Below are positions 1 to 13,568 of a stretch of DNA of 64,000 nt, piece after piece. The position numbers and the translations under genes were made by a program. The notes below the pieces were generated by a model. It made no database searches, was not told where the DNA came from, and saw nothing but the letters and a program-made list of their open reading frames with translations. Position 1 is the first letter of the stretch, and every line of letters starts with the position of its first letter. The stretch is from Thalia democratica (lineage: Eukaryota), in NCBI GenBank assembly GCA_965202585.1, contig OZ241830.1:39060001-39124000 (forward strand), written 5' to 3'.

Positions 1-3000
1 GAACATTAATGTTCAGTTTAAAAAGTATTGGTACTATCTAAGTTAAAAGGCATTTAGCTTGAAACTAGCCAATAAAAAGAATGGAAAAACTATTAAAGAT
101 ATATTTGAATATTGAATATGCATAAATTTTTATTTTAAACTCTCCAAAAAGCATAATTTAAAAACATTTTAAGAATACCGTTAGCAATTAAACTAAAATT
201 TGGTATTTAAAGCTAAGTAAATCTAACGAGGTAATTCATCTAAAATTTCAATATATTAACTAGAACTTTAAATGAATAAATGACTTTGTAGCTTTACTAC
301 TGATTAATACTTTTAAACTATAAAGTAAAGTTTTTAAGATATTTTAATTTTGCAAGAAAAATAGTAAAATACTAAGAATAATCTAATTTATTTTAACTAT
401 TTGTCTAGAATTTCCTTTTCTATCATTGATCTCTATTTATAATAATTATTCTTATTAATTAACGGTAATAAAAAATCATTAACATGTTTTTAAATTAAAT
501 TTTTTAAATCTCGGTTTTTAAATTTTATTAAGTAATCTAACGATTTTTTCCAGCATATTTTTAACTCGATATATTTCAAAGACTTAATTTTAGTTAAAGT
601 TTAAAAGAACGTCAACAGTTTAACAAAGGTGTTACAGAATAAGCTGACTTCTTGTTACTGTTTATATACTAAACTTAAGTTGATTTTATTGCATCATATT
701 TACATAATGTTGTTTTAAATTCATCTTTACATAAATAACGGAATAGCTCAAAAACTTAAAAACCACTTTAAAAAATTATTTTTTAATTTCTTAATGGTTG
801 TATTTTCTGCTTTTAAATGCTATTTTCAAAGAAAAACAAAATTGACGTTTACAAAATATTCGACTAAAAACAATGCAAATTTACTGCAGCTTTATTTGAA
901 TGATAGAACGTTTATAAATAAAAAAAATAAAAGGAGCATAGTACAACTAAAAAATATCTTTCACAAACTTTTGTTATGAAAAAGATTAAAAGTAAATACA
1001 CATCAAAAATTGTATTTAAAAAAAAAAACTTTAAAATAAATAATTTTTGACATTTAATACAGTTAACTAAACTTTAACTGAACTGAAAAATTACCAGCAT
1101 ACACTAAACGATTACTTTCTAAAATGTATTTATGCAAAGTCTATTATCTAGATTAAAAACTATACAAACAACTACAGTTACTAATACGTTGTAGTTATTA
1201 AAACTTGCCAAATTGCAAAAATAGGTATATAATTGTTTATTTTTAAAAGACTGCTGATTCGGAGTTTCAATGCATATTAACTAAAATCAACATTTGAATC
1301 TTTTGTTTTCAAACAGTTTAAAAAACGTCCTTTTCAAAGTCATAAAATTTTTACTATATTTATCATGTCTAATATAGGAGAACAAATTTAGATTTTTAAT
1401 GTAGATAGTTTAAAAATAGTTATATGATCAAGAATACTGTGTTGTCTTACTTTAATCTTAAACACTAAATAAGCTAAAGTTATAATTGTATATAAAAAAA
1501 CAATTTTGCATTGTATATATACTACTTATTCTATTGATTATTTTGATAAAACCTAAAATTTAAAACTACAACAATAAGTTTTTTTTATTATTTTAAATGA
1601 AAAAAAAGTTACAAAATTCAGTTAGTATTGTTTGAGAAATAGATTATGAAATCTTCTGGTTAAAATTTAATAATAAATCTTAACCGTTATACCACGCAAT
1701 CAGTTGATAGTGGTTAAAGTTTAACGTAAAAAAAAATTAAAGTAACTAAAGTTTAACTATCGATATCTTAAACATTCTGTAAAAACATTTTTTTTAAATG
1801 ACTCAACAACTTTAATTACTAACAAACATATAAGCAAGCAATATTTTTAATCTTAAAATAACATGTACAAAAAAATATTTATATCTTTTTAGTTTTTAAT
1901 AACTTCAATATTAAAAAACTTGATAGAATATAATTTATAGGTGTACTTTTGTTTTAACTAGAACTAATTTGTTTCTATAATATATTGATAGACACATATT
2001 ATAAATTTTAGGTTAAACTAAAACTGATGCTATTTTAATTTTTAACTATTTTGCTATGTTGTGATTAAAATTTTATAAAGAAATTGTTATTAAATATAAA
2101 TTTCTTATATTCTTAAACTAAACTTTAATAAAAAAAAAAAAAATTACTCTTTAAATAAAGCAAAGAAAAACATTAAATTGTAACTAGTATAAACTTCATT
2201 AGTTTTCATTAAGTTTAATACTTGCTAAAAATCATATTTTATTAGAAAAAATATTCTACAAAGTATGTTTTACTGTTTTCGGTATATTTACTATTTTTTT
2301 TTTGTTTAAATAAAAAAAATCTATTTTAAAGGGAAATAAGTCAACAAAGAATTAATTATTAATCAAGTACAGAATAAAACTAAACACAAAGTTTAAAAAG
2401 CAACTTTGTTCAAATACTTATTCATAAAAGAGTATTAACACCAGTTGAAAAAATAAAATGATGAACATTAAAATTTTTATCAAGTTAAAAATGAGTTTCT
2501 GGGCAGTGACATCCTTTCACTTCTACAAAATATTCCTTTTATTTACTGAGAAATGCAAATTAATTCAGTTAGTTATAATAATTATTAAAGTTAATAAAGT
2601 GGCATCTTAAAGACAGTAAAATTGTATAGTAATATACTTTTAATCTCTGACTTAGTAGTAAAAATTATTTTTTTGTATACTCATAAAGTGATTTTTATTG
2701 CAGTATAGTCATAAATATACATTTATGAAGTAAAAAGTTAAATAAAACATTTTTAATATTCTTTAACCAATTTTGTGCACGAAGAAGTAGAAAACAATCT
2801 AAATAGTAGGTAAACATGTTATGAAAATATTTTATAAGCTCAATTTAAGTATTAAAAACATTCTAAAGTGTTTTTATTAAGTTCTAATTTCCTTTTATTA
2901 AACTTTTAGATTTTTAGAAAAGTGTTTAACTTTAAAAAAGTTGATTATGGTTATTTAAACTATATATCTACAAAAACGAAACTAAAATTAGTAAAAATGT

Positions 3001-3682
3001 ATGTGAGAACATAGGACTTTTGTAATAACTACATAACTTTTGTGCAAAAAGTTACCTAAATAACAAAATGTGTTAAAAAAGTCTTATTGAATGTTTTTTC
3101 TTTTCTTTTGCTGAATAAGCTAATTTTAAGCAATGGTTTATAATCGATTTAGAGCTATACATTATAAGTGTTTGTTTTTAGTAAGCATAATGAAAATATT
3201 ATAACTTTTAGCCACTTTAACAGCCTAATTTCAACATTTATCATTAAGTTTTTAAACTTGTAAAGGTTTGAATCAATGATAAAACAGTTTAAAATTCCTA
3301 AAAATGCAAAAACCTATAAGAAGTTTTATAGTAATACAAAACTATATTTCTAAGCATTTAAAAGTCAATAAGTATAATAAATTTAATTAGACTGTTATAA
3401 TTTTTTGAAAAAAAATCAAATATTTAAGTAATATCTTTTTTTAACATACCTATAATTTATAGTAAGAGTTTAAAAAAAAACTGTTATTTCAAACAAGTCT
3501 TGTAAATCCTTCAGTTAAGAGTTATGGTATTGCAAAACGTACTAAAAAAAAACTAAAACATAAACTAAAAAAATTAATAAAAAATGATATAAAAGAAGCA
3601 TTTAAACTTTTATAAACAAATCTTATGTTGATAAATAAGAATTAGAAAACAAATAATAAAAGAATACAAGCAGTTAGTTGTT

Positions 3683-6600
3683 TTAAAGACTAATTCTTTC
3701 TTCTTTTTTGTCGTAGGAACTGAACGATGTCATGCTTAAGTCTTCTATTTTATTGTTTAAGTTTGACTCTAAAAAGTATATAAACGTACCAGTGTCTATT
3801 GCTATATAAAAATTCAAAGGTATTTTTTATTTATATAAGTTTTAAAGAGTAAAAAACTATTATAAGATTTTTTTTGATTTTGTAGACATATATACAAGTT
3901 TTATTTTCCAGAATTTAATTTGACATGTAGTATTTTGAATATTTAACTCATCTAACTGTAAACGATCGTATCTGATCGTAACTCGTAAAACTTACAAATC
4001 AAATATTCAAAAGCTAAGAAAAAAACATTAAAAGAGCAACTTAATAAAACGAAATTAAACAGTTCGTTTTAGCTTAGAAACTTAAAAAAAAAACCTGTTT
4101 CATTCAAATGTGAATCTTTTGATACTGATGGTGTGTCATCTTTTTTATTCATACAATTTCTTTTTATAATCATATATAGTACACAAAAAACTATTGCAAA
4201 GAAAACCTGTGTTTTAATTGTATTAAAAATAGATTAAATAATTTGTTTTTGTTGTTATACAACTATATAAAATTTTCAAAAAGTATATGGTTTTAAAAAC
4301 ATCGTCTTTAACTTTTAATGTTTTTAATAGACTAGATTACGTTTTTAAGAAAACATGCTTTAGTTTTCCCAAAACTTTTTTTTTACATAGTATTATAGAT
4401 ATATTTATAAGTGTGATGTTAAGTATTTCCAAAAAGTTATATATAATTTTAAAGCTAAAAACATTGAAAATTAATAAAATTTCAATATCACTCTTATTAT
4501 CATTAACTATTATTCTATTAAAACAATTTAGGAGAAAATGAGATGTGTTTTTGTACACTATACATTTTATTGAAAAATAATTATTTTAGAGTGTTTGAAC
4601 CAACATATTTAAATAAGTTTTTTAATTTATGTAACAGAGGCCTTATGAATAGTTTAAGTATCAATCTACAAAACATTTCATCACCTGCGATGCCACGTAC
4701 AGAATTGGTACCAGAAACATTCCACCGAGGTCCTGGGGCGGAAAATTAGCCAATAAGATGACGGAACCGCACAGGTTGGTGTTCTGGATGCCCGTTTCCA
4801 TGGAGATTGTCCTTCGTTGCTTGTGGGTCAGATGAAGGGGTTTGTAGAGAGACACCAGGGAGGAAAGAGCTGAAAAAATAAACAATAATAGTATATTTAT
4901 TTCAACTTAAACTAAACGCTTTTTACGTAACTACAATTTACTACACATGGTTAATGGCTAAATTTTTTTTACAACACACTTAACGTTTTAATACAACTAG
5001 TTTTAAGTTGCAACGTAAAAAAATAAAAATAAATTACGTTTCTTTATACAAAAACTTTAGTTTTTCAAATCTATTTGAGTAAACAAAAAAAACAAAGTTT
5101 ATAACCGTATCCAATAATCATGCCGCACGGTGGGAGTAGAACGCAAGCGAAAGCTGTTTGAATTTCTAATTTCCACTGACCTGAAATCAAACATAAAAGT
5201 CTCACTTTAATTTATAGTCAAGACTTTTTATTTTTTCTTAAATCTCAAACTGATACTCTGTGTCGTAATACTTCGTGTTTCTAAACTTTAAAATCTACAT
5301 AACAACAAAAGTTAAAGTGATAGAAGAAGAAGGTGTATCAGTGTACCTTCGAACAGAACGACTGAAACAACAGCGACTCCGAGAATGAGCAAGACCCCGC
5401 CGATGGAACAAACCTGTTTGTTCAATGTTTGTAACTTTATCTGCAGCACACACAAACATTAAAAAATGATAAGATAATTTTTTCATGTTTAGTGTTTTGA
5501 AAATTTTAATTCTACCGTTTTTGATTTTCCATACACACTTATATGTAACTGATAGTATTACTGCCAAAAGTTAAATTTTTGAACCAAAAGCGCGAAAATA
5601 TCGAACCATACAATGAAAATACTTGAAATTAATTTTAATTATTTTTAATGATATTGCTGTTTTGAGTTAAATTTTAGAACTAATAGCACAAAAATATGAA
5701 ATATCCAACCAAATACCTTTAGAATAATTTTAGCTTTTTTTGGAAAGAAATGTCTTAGCAAAATACCGATTAAGATTGGAACCAACAAACTTGCCAATGT
5801 AATACCTGTTAAAATAATTCTATTTAAAGTTATCTACCCTAGTTTTAGTTTTGATGTTTTTGATATTATGTTAGAGAATAAACAGTTTTATAGATATTTT
5901 TTAGTTAAACTGATTTGAGTTTTATTTAAGAGCTATGAAAACTCAGTTTTATTTATGAAATCAGTTTCATTTAAATATATTAATGTTTTAATAACTTTAT
6001 ACTACCTAATTACATAGTTGAAGAACTTTAAAATCATATTTTTAAAAAGAAGTTAAGTGTAAAACTTTAATTTAAGTCTTTTATCTTGTTTATAAATAAA
6101 ATGAATTCTTAATCACTTATATTGGAATAAAAAAAACTTATTTATATTGAAAACAGAACAATTACGTGCCGATAGTTTCAAATGGAACGGGAAGTTCTGT
6201 ACCGTAAGCCCCACTGAAAATGAACAATAGGAGAGGCATCATACCGAGTGCTAGCACAGTAGAGCATGACGTCATTGATATGCTGTTGAGTTATTAGATA
6301 AAAATGAGTTAGTACTTTAAATAAAGTAGTCAGGTTTGTATGAAATTCATATACTTAAGGGCTTATATGTTAATGATTATGTTTATGTATATAAATACTG
6401 CTTAAATGTTTCGCAAATAAACTTTATGGAAAAAAAAAAGTCGGTAATACAAGAATAATAAAACCGTGAGAGAATAAACTATAATTATTCAAACATAGAA
6501 CATGTATATGTGTGTTATAAACATTTTAAGTTAAAGAAGTTATTTTAAATGTTTTAGTTTTATATGGTTATTAGGGGGCTTATTTTACAGCTACTTTTTA

Positions 6601-9600
6601 TTTCCCGGCGGGAAAAATTTTATGTTTCGGAAATATTATAAAAACACCCTGTTTCAAAATTTTAGATGATTTGAAGAAACTTCTACCTTGGCTCCAACCA
6701 ATTTTCTAAAAACACCACAATGCCAAATGTATGGGATCCAAAGAATTCGACCTTGGAGTTTTAAGCTGGAAATTTTGTTACATGTGGCTAATTATCACAC
6801 AAACACATTGTGAACAATTTAAAACAATTTAAAGAAATTTTTATAGTAGTATTTCTTGTTTAAAAAAAAAAAAACTGGAAACTCAAGAAAACTTATAAAA
6901 AGTGAAAAAAATTTCATAAAATCAATAATTTTTACAGCAAAACTTTCTTTAAATCGTTTAAAACTGTTCACAATATGTTTGTGTTATAACTAGCCACATG
7001 TAACAAAATGTTCAGCTTAGAACTCAGGGTCGCATTTTTTGGACCATTTTGCATTGTGGTTGTTTTTAGAAAATCGATTGTAGCCAAGGTAAGAGTTTCT
7101 TTGAATCATCTAAAATTTTGCAAAAAGTGTTTTGATGACATTTCCGAAGCATAACATTTTATTCCACACAGAAAATCAGAAGTAGCTTAAAAAAATAAGC
7201 ACTCTAATGGTTACTAAGTTATTATAAAACTAAACATAGATTTGATACATTAACAGAAAATATTAGCAACTGTAGATGCAAAATAATGCAAAAAAAAAAA
7301 AACGTTTTATGTCTAACGAAAACAACTATAAATGTAGTAAACTTAAATGTAGTTTATTTTTTAAATGACAACAGTGAAAAATTTTTAAGTAGAAAGAAAG
7401 AAAAAAAAAACAACAAAATATTTAAAAAATACTTTTCATTTGTTGTGTAAAACACAGTCGTACATATTATTTTAAAATGTACCACAATTTTTATGAGAGT
7501 CTTCATAGCAGTTCAAGTTTAAAAAGTTGTATAACACTGTTTTCATTTTTCGTTAAAAACCTCTAACTAAAAACCTTTTTTATTTAAATAAAATGTTTGA
7601 TAGCTTAAAAACCAAAATCTTTTGAAATTTAATTAAAATTATACTTTTTTAACCTCATAGAAAAATGTATTACGCGTATTTGGCTAGACCAAAAGATTTA
7701 AAGTTATTAGTCATATACAAAATCAGTTTTAAAATTAAGTTTTAATACTTTCTTTGATGTATTGAAATAAAAATAGTAAGTACTGTTCATTAAAACGTTT
7801 GTACGTTTTGCTTAGATTTATAGTTTGTTAATCGTCATTAAAAAAAAAGTAATTACTTTCAGAAAACTTTTTACCTGTTTTAAAATTTGTTTAATACTTT
7901 AGTTTAGTACTATAAAACAAAATCATTAACTCAGATACTATATTACAACAAAAAACATTTTATTAAAATAGAATAATACAAAAAGTCTGTATACTTTTAA
8001 TTACGCTCTTATTATAACTAATTATATTCATGGTTGTTTTCAAGAGTGATTATGTATTTTTTTAAATTTTATTAATTTACTGTTTTAAAATATTTTATAA
8101 TAAGTTTTAACAATAACTTTACACATCATTAATTGTAATCACTAGTTACTTGTAATACAAGCTGCACAACGTGTTAATTTTTATATTTTGGATACATTAT
8201 AAGCTTTTGCAAAAAGTATGAATTTAGCAAAATATATCTATAAGTTTAATAAAAACTCTGTATTGAAGTTAGTAATAAAAAAACAAAAGTGTGTTATATA
8301 AGTTTATACACTTTATTAGAAAAAAAATAATTCAACTAATACTTTTACCGTTTTGTTTTCACATCAAACTAAAAAACATTAAATATGCGAAATTTACTAA
8401 ACCCTGACGTTTAAACTCGTTTATATTATGATTAAAAATACTTTTTTTGGCTACAAATCGCGAATGGTGTTTGTTAATACTGCATATTATTTCTAAAATA
8501 AAAACATTAAATACAAGTGCTGTGTAGGAAGTAGACATTTTACACCAATTTAAGTTTACATATAATATTTTGTATAACAATAAAGCTTAAATTTTGAAAT
8601 AAACATTATACTTTTGTGTGTTTAAACTTTTTTAGTGTGCTAAAGCTTTTAAACTGAATTTATTTTTAAACTTAACCTTTGATACAACGTAAGTTGTAAA
8701 ATATTTCTTTGAAGTTTTAATTGTAAACTAAAATAATACACTTTTAGGTTTTAAAAACATGTTTGATAATATTTTTTCTTGTTTTATTTTTAAAATTAAA
8801 CTGTTGTGCTGTTGGTGCACTAGCATTACTTTTTATTAAATTTGGAAATGTTTCAAGTCATATTTAGATAGTTTACAAAACCAACTGATCTTTGAATTAA
8901 AAAAAATACATTGTATTTAACACAAAATAAAGCTGCTAAAAAAAGTTATATATATATCAAACTAGTCAGTTAAAATCGTTTTGCTACAAGTTTTTTAGAA
9001 CTATAACATCAATTTTTTATATATTTTAGTTAAGTTTGAATAATTCTTAATTTAATCAGTAGATATGGTTTTGTTTCCTCTTAAAATAAACTCAAGCTTT
9101 TAGTAGTTTAATTTACTTATTGTATATACACAATACACATATATTTTTCTCAAACTATTTAGATATATTGTTACAGCAGTAATTTAGTAAAATATTTAAT
9201 AAAATATCGGAGATTTATAAATTGTAACAAAAATGAAAAAAAAATGTTTTATGTAGTTTAATACTTAGCTGAAAACAAATTAATAAAACCGGACAGTAAC
9301 AAACAAAATACTTTATCAAATAAAAAGTTTAAGTTCAAGCTTCAGGATTTATTTTTTTTGTATATAAAAAGGTATTTATGAAATATATTTTTAACTTTAT
9401 AAATTTTTTACAAACGTAAAGTGCTATTAGATCAAACTGGCTCGAACTTATTATAAGAAATGAATAGTAAAAGAATTATAAATTAGTTTTTAAAACCTGT
9501 GGTCAAACGCTTGTCAAATATAAAAGCCAGAAAAATCTTAAACAGTTAACTTTATTGTCAATAAGCTTGATTGAAAACGCTTTTTAATGTGGATTGTTTC

Positions 9601-12600
9601 GTAAACACAACAATTTGGTATTACTAGTTCAAAACTTCATAGTAGTAATAGAAAATTACTGATAAAATCTCGATTTCTTTTAAAAATACACCATAAATTT
9701 AACAATAGAAACATGTTACTTATTTGAGAAAACTATTTACTATTAGTATTATACTAAAACTAAATATAGTTTTAATTAAAAAACTGAAAACATTTCTACC
9801 ATTAAGTAGTAAAAAAATACTATAATTTAAAATAAATTATAAAAGGTTTAGTAATAAATTTATGAATACCTCATTCATTATAATATTTTTTTACAATTTA
9901 AACTACATATTCAAAGTGTAATGTTAGTTTAGCATAAGTTGAAACAGAATTAAAAACGAAGTAAACTTCTAATGTTTTTTTTTAGCTCTTAGCTTTAGTC
10001 TGTAATTTGTCAGACACTGATAAGTTGCTAACAAACTAAACTTAAGCAAACGAGACTAATTTTTTAATCACGGCAACATATGACATAAAGATTAGTAATT
10101 AACACACTATTACTTTTATGCTTATTTTTCTTATCTCGTGAATAAAAGATCGCACTCGTACAAATATTGGCACTCGTAAAGATTTCAAAGTTACCAGTGT
10201 AGTTTAGAAATAGAACTTTGTTACAAACTTTCATACAAGTTATCATCACTTATATATATTTACAATTAATCTTAAAGCTAATTACGTATTAAAAAGAAAC
10301 AGAGTAACATATTTTCAAAGCACAATTAAATATTAATAGAACAATTGTTGCATTTTTTTTGATATTTAACATAACAATTAGAATAGACATTATGAATTAT
10401 TTTGTTTGGTTATAAACACAACTATCTCAAAATTATATCACATTAAACGGAACTAAAATTAAAGACTTTAAAGTTTTGTATTTTAACAGATGTTTGTGGT
10501 TTGTACAATATGATTAAAATACTAACTACTGGTACACAATTTTTTTCTTCTTCTGAAACTTATCTTTAGTTTATACACTTAAAGTTTATTAAGTAAAACA
10601 TTTTACATTTTTTGCTATAAAATTGAATAACTATTTAGAGTAAAACAACTAAAGTACGTACATTTTTTTTTTTTCAAACCAGTTTTAGAAACTTAGATAC
10701 ATGAAAACAAAAGCACTTGTTTACTAAATCACACTTCAAAAGAAGTGGAAAAGACGTTACTACTCATGCGCGTAATTATATTATCTCATAGTAACAAAAT
10801 ACACACTAAAATATGCAAGTCCAAACCGCAGAAAAATGTTAATTTGTATCGCGTTTCATCGATCACGATGAACCTAAGTAACGCTTTAAAGTGTTCCCTA
10901 CAAAAAATTTTTAATGTCAGCAAACACCCCGTTGCAAAGATTATACGGCAGTTGTTTTATTATACTTAATAATAAATGACAATAATAAAATGACATTAAT
11001 AAATGACCCTACAAATGACAATAGTAAAAAATTAAGCAAAATAAAAACATTTATTTCCAAAACTCAAATAGATAAATTTAAGTCCTAATCAACAGATGTT
11101 TAAATCTTTTGTTTTACAAAATAGTAAACTGCTAAATTTGTTATCTAAATAATTTTTTTATGGATATTACAAGTATTTTAATAAATGTACTTTATTTGTG
11201 TTCTTAGTTAGTATTTCAAAATAAACCAAATTTTGAGGATAACTAAAAAAGCTAGTTATATCAGCTAGAATTATGCATAAAAAAAATTTAAGGCAAAACT
11301 CAACTGTACTTCATATATGTAAGATAATAAGTAATCTCTGTGTGAATTGTACTACCAAAATTTATAAAAAATGCTTTTAAACTCTTTAAATTCTTTTAAA
11401 ATGTGTGTGTATACTTATTATTTTTTATTATTTCAACATATTCGTGTAAATTCTAAGCTTTTAATGGATGCAGTAACATACTTTTGATATAAAATAAAAC
11501 TTTAATAAAGAATTTAATAGTTTAAAGTTGTTTTAAAACCTTTTGTTGAATTAACATCATTATAAATAAAGCATCACAAAAAATTATAAAACTACAGATA
11601 TACATATTTTTATATCTAAGAATTAATGCTTTCTTAACTGACCTGAGATCGATGTCTCCTTTGAGCCAATAAGATGCCACATTCGAGGTGCTTCCCCCCG
11701 GACAAGACGCTTGAATGAGTATTGCTATGGTGATGGAAGATTCTAGCGTGAAAGCCAGGGAAAACAAGTAGGCCAGGACAGGCATAAAAACTGAAAAAAT
11801 TATTACATGTATATAAAGCAATAAAACTTAAGAATTTAATAAGCATAATTTTTGAAGTTGTATAGAATGCTTAAAGTTTTACAATCATATTAGTTTTGTA
11901 CTTAGTTATTATTTACTTGTAAACATAATTGATGTTTGTTGAGGCAAAAATACAAACATTTTTACTAAAATTTTGTTTTAAACTTGAAGTATAACTACTT
12001 TACCAACTTTTTACTTTTTACGTTGTTTCCTAAAAAAAAATAAAGCTTTCATTTAAAAGTTCTAATATGTTTAGACATTGCTATTTATCTTATAATATTT
12101 TCAACAACGATTGTGCTACTTACACTTTTTATAGTAATAAAAGTGGGTGTTTTTTTATGTATTTTACATAATAATAAACATATATTTGGTTTTAAAAATA
12201 GCATTTTTTGAATTTACGATGTTTTAGCTTTTAATTATTCTATCTATAAACTAAGCAAACAGTTAAGCTTAAGTTTGTAGTAATAAAAGTTTGCCTTTTT
12301 CATTAAGGTAACTTATTTTAGGTATTAAGTTGAATACACAATCCATTAATTGCCTATAAAACGAGTTTGATTTAAAACAAATGCAAAACTTAAAATTAAG
12401 TTTGCAATAAATTTAGACTACGATGTTTTTTTACTTTAAAGAACTTACAAGTATGAGCACTTTATTCATTATTATAACAACTAACCAAACTGCGCAATGA
12501 ATCCAACAATGATTCCTGTCGGTTTCCTCAGATGTTTCTTCAATTTATCAATTTCCACCCCACAACCCATTCCCATCATAACAATTGCCAGAAGGATTAT

Positions 12601-13568
12601 TATCAGTATGTTTAAGATCTTATCCAGCTTCTCCTCATCGTCTCCTTAAAATAAAAGCAGTTGAGATTTTTTACAGTTGTATGGTGAAATTCAGTCAGAT
12701 TTTAGTAAATTTTTTCAAGTGTGCATCAAAATAAATAGCAATTTTTGTAAAATACAAAAAAATATATATCTAAAAAATTTGATGCTACGGTCAGTTAAGG
12801 TCTAAAACTGTTTTAAAAAAGTCTGTTTAGTCTTTTGTTAAAATTTAAGCTTAAATTGTATCTGGTTTTATTTTGTTTTTGCTTGCGTAACACATAAAAC
12901 TTCAAAACGTACAAAAAATTAATAGTTTTGAGTTCATATACTTTCATATTACTAAAATATTTTCGACATGATTATGATCTTCTTTTGATAATTAACTATA
13001 TATATCACAAGGTCCTGGTACTAAATATTTTTAGCGTTTTTTTGTCGTTCAATAAACTAATAAACTTTCTTATATCAAGTATTTATTAAATTAAGTGTTT
13101 TTTTTTTCATTTTGAAATAAATATGTTAGCTTGCATTTAATTTGAACCTTTAATACAGTTACAACGCTCTTAACTAGTTAAATGAGTAGAATTAAATCTA
13201 AAATATACGGTAGATTTATACCCATGTAAAAGTAATATGACTTTTATTAGTTTTATGAAAACAAAAAAAAAATCCTAGTCTATATAAAGAAGTTAGCTGT
13301 AAATTCGTTAAAAAAAATTTAGTTGTAATTAAATTCGTTGAGAATTCTGACACAAAACATGGCAATGTTATTATCTACATTGTTTTCGTTCAAAGATTGT
13401 GTATATATCTTATTGCATATTAAAAGTCCTGAAACTTAAAGAAACAGTTTAAAATGCAGTACAGTTATTAACAACAAACATACCTGTTTTAGTCATGTTC
13501 GTATTATTCGTAGCCATGCTGTTTGCTACTAAGTCAACCTCAGATTTTGTCAAGTTCGTGTAGTTCAT
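3683..13568 (-). CDS. SLC10A: SLC10-family sodium/bile-acid (BASS) symporter, about 383 aa (389 aa if the candidate microexon is included)
   Basis: Coding exons (minus): 13568-13484, 12644-12486, 11790-11643, 6282-6170, 5805-5717, 5413-5347, 5180-5106, 4869-4685, 4206-4095, optional 4013-3996, 3801-3683 (TAA). Phases join consistently if intron 4 uses a GC donor. The translation has SLC10 hallmark segments: [85 protein letters not shown] and RRTISMETGIQN. The N-terminus has four N-x-T sequons. The exact paralogue cannot be assigned. The last two or three exons are less certain. Confidence 0.93.
6574..7204. mobile_element. Fold-back MITE (~270-bp imperfect inverted arms) in SLC10 intron 3; superfamily uncertain (PIF/Harbinger- or Tc1/mariner-like)
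   Basis: About 6574-6843 is an imperfect reverse complement of about 6935-7204 (e.g. catgtggctaattatcacacaaacacattgtgaac vs gttcacaatatgtttgtgttataactagccacatg). Termini are GGGGGCTTATTTT and AAAATAAGCACTC, flanked by TTA and TAA. Confidence 0.75.
13007..13059 (+). repeat. 5'-truncated copy of the dispersed ~120-bp repeat
   Basis: Matches the 3' half of the copies at 32621, 41260 and 43499 (ggtcct..aaatatttttagcg..tttttgtcgttcaataaacta). Confidence 0.7.

Noticed and set aside
794-11000. Short AT-rich ORF-track ORFs (794, 4287, 4337, 4543, 8359, 10064, 10745) and similar ones elsewhere (27063, 33545, 39246, 40460, 56690, 57842)
   Set aside because: They are low-complexity K/N/I/L/F-rich translations typical of chance ORFs in AT-rich DNA, with no domains or splice support.
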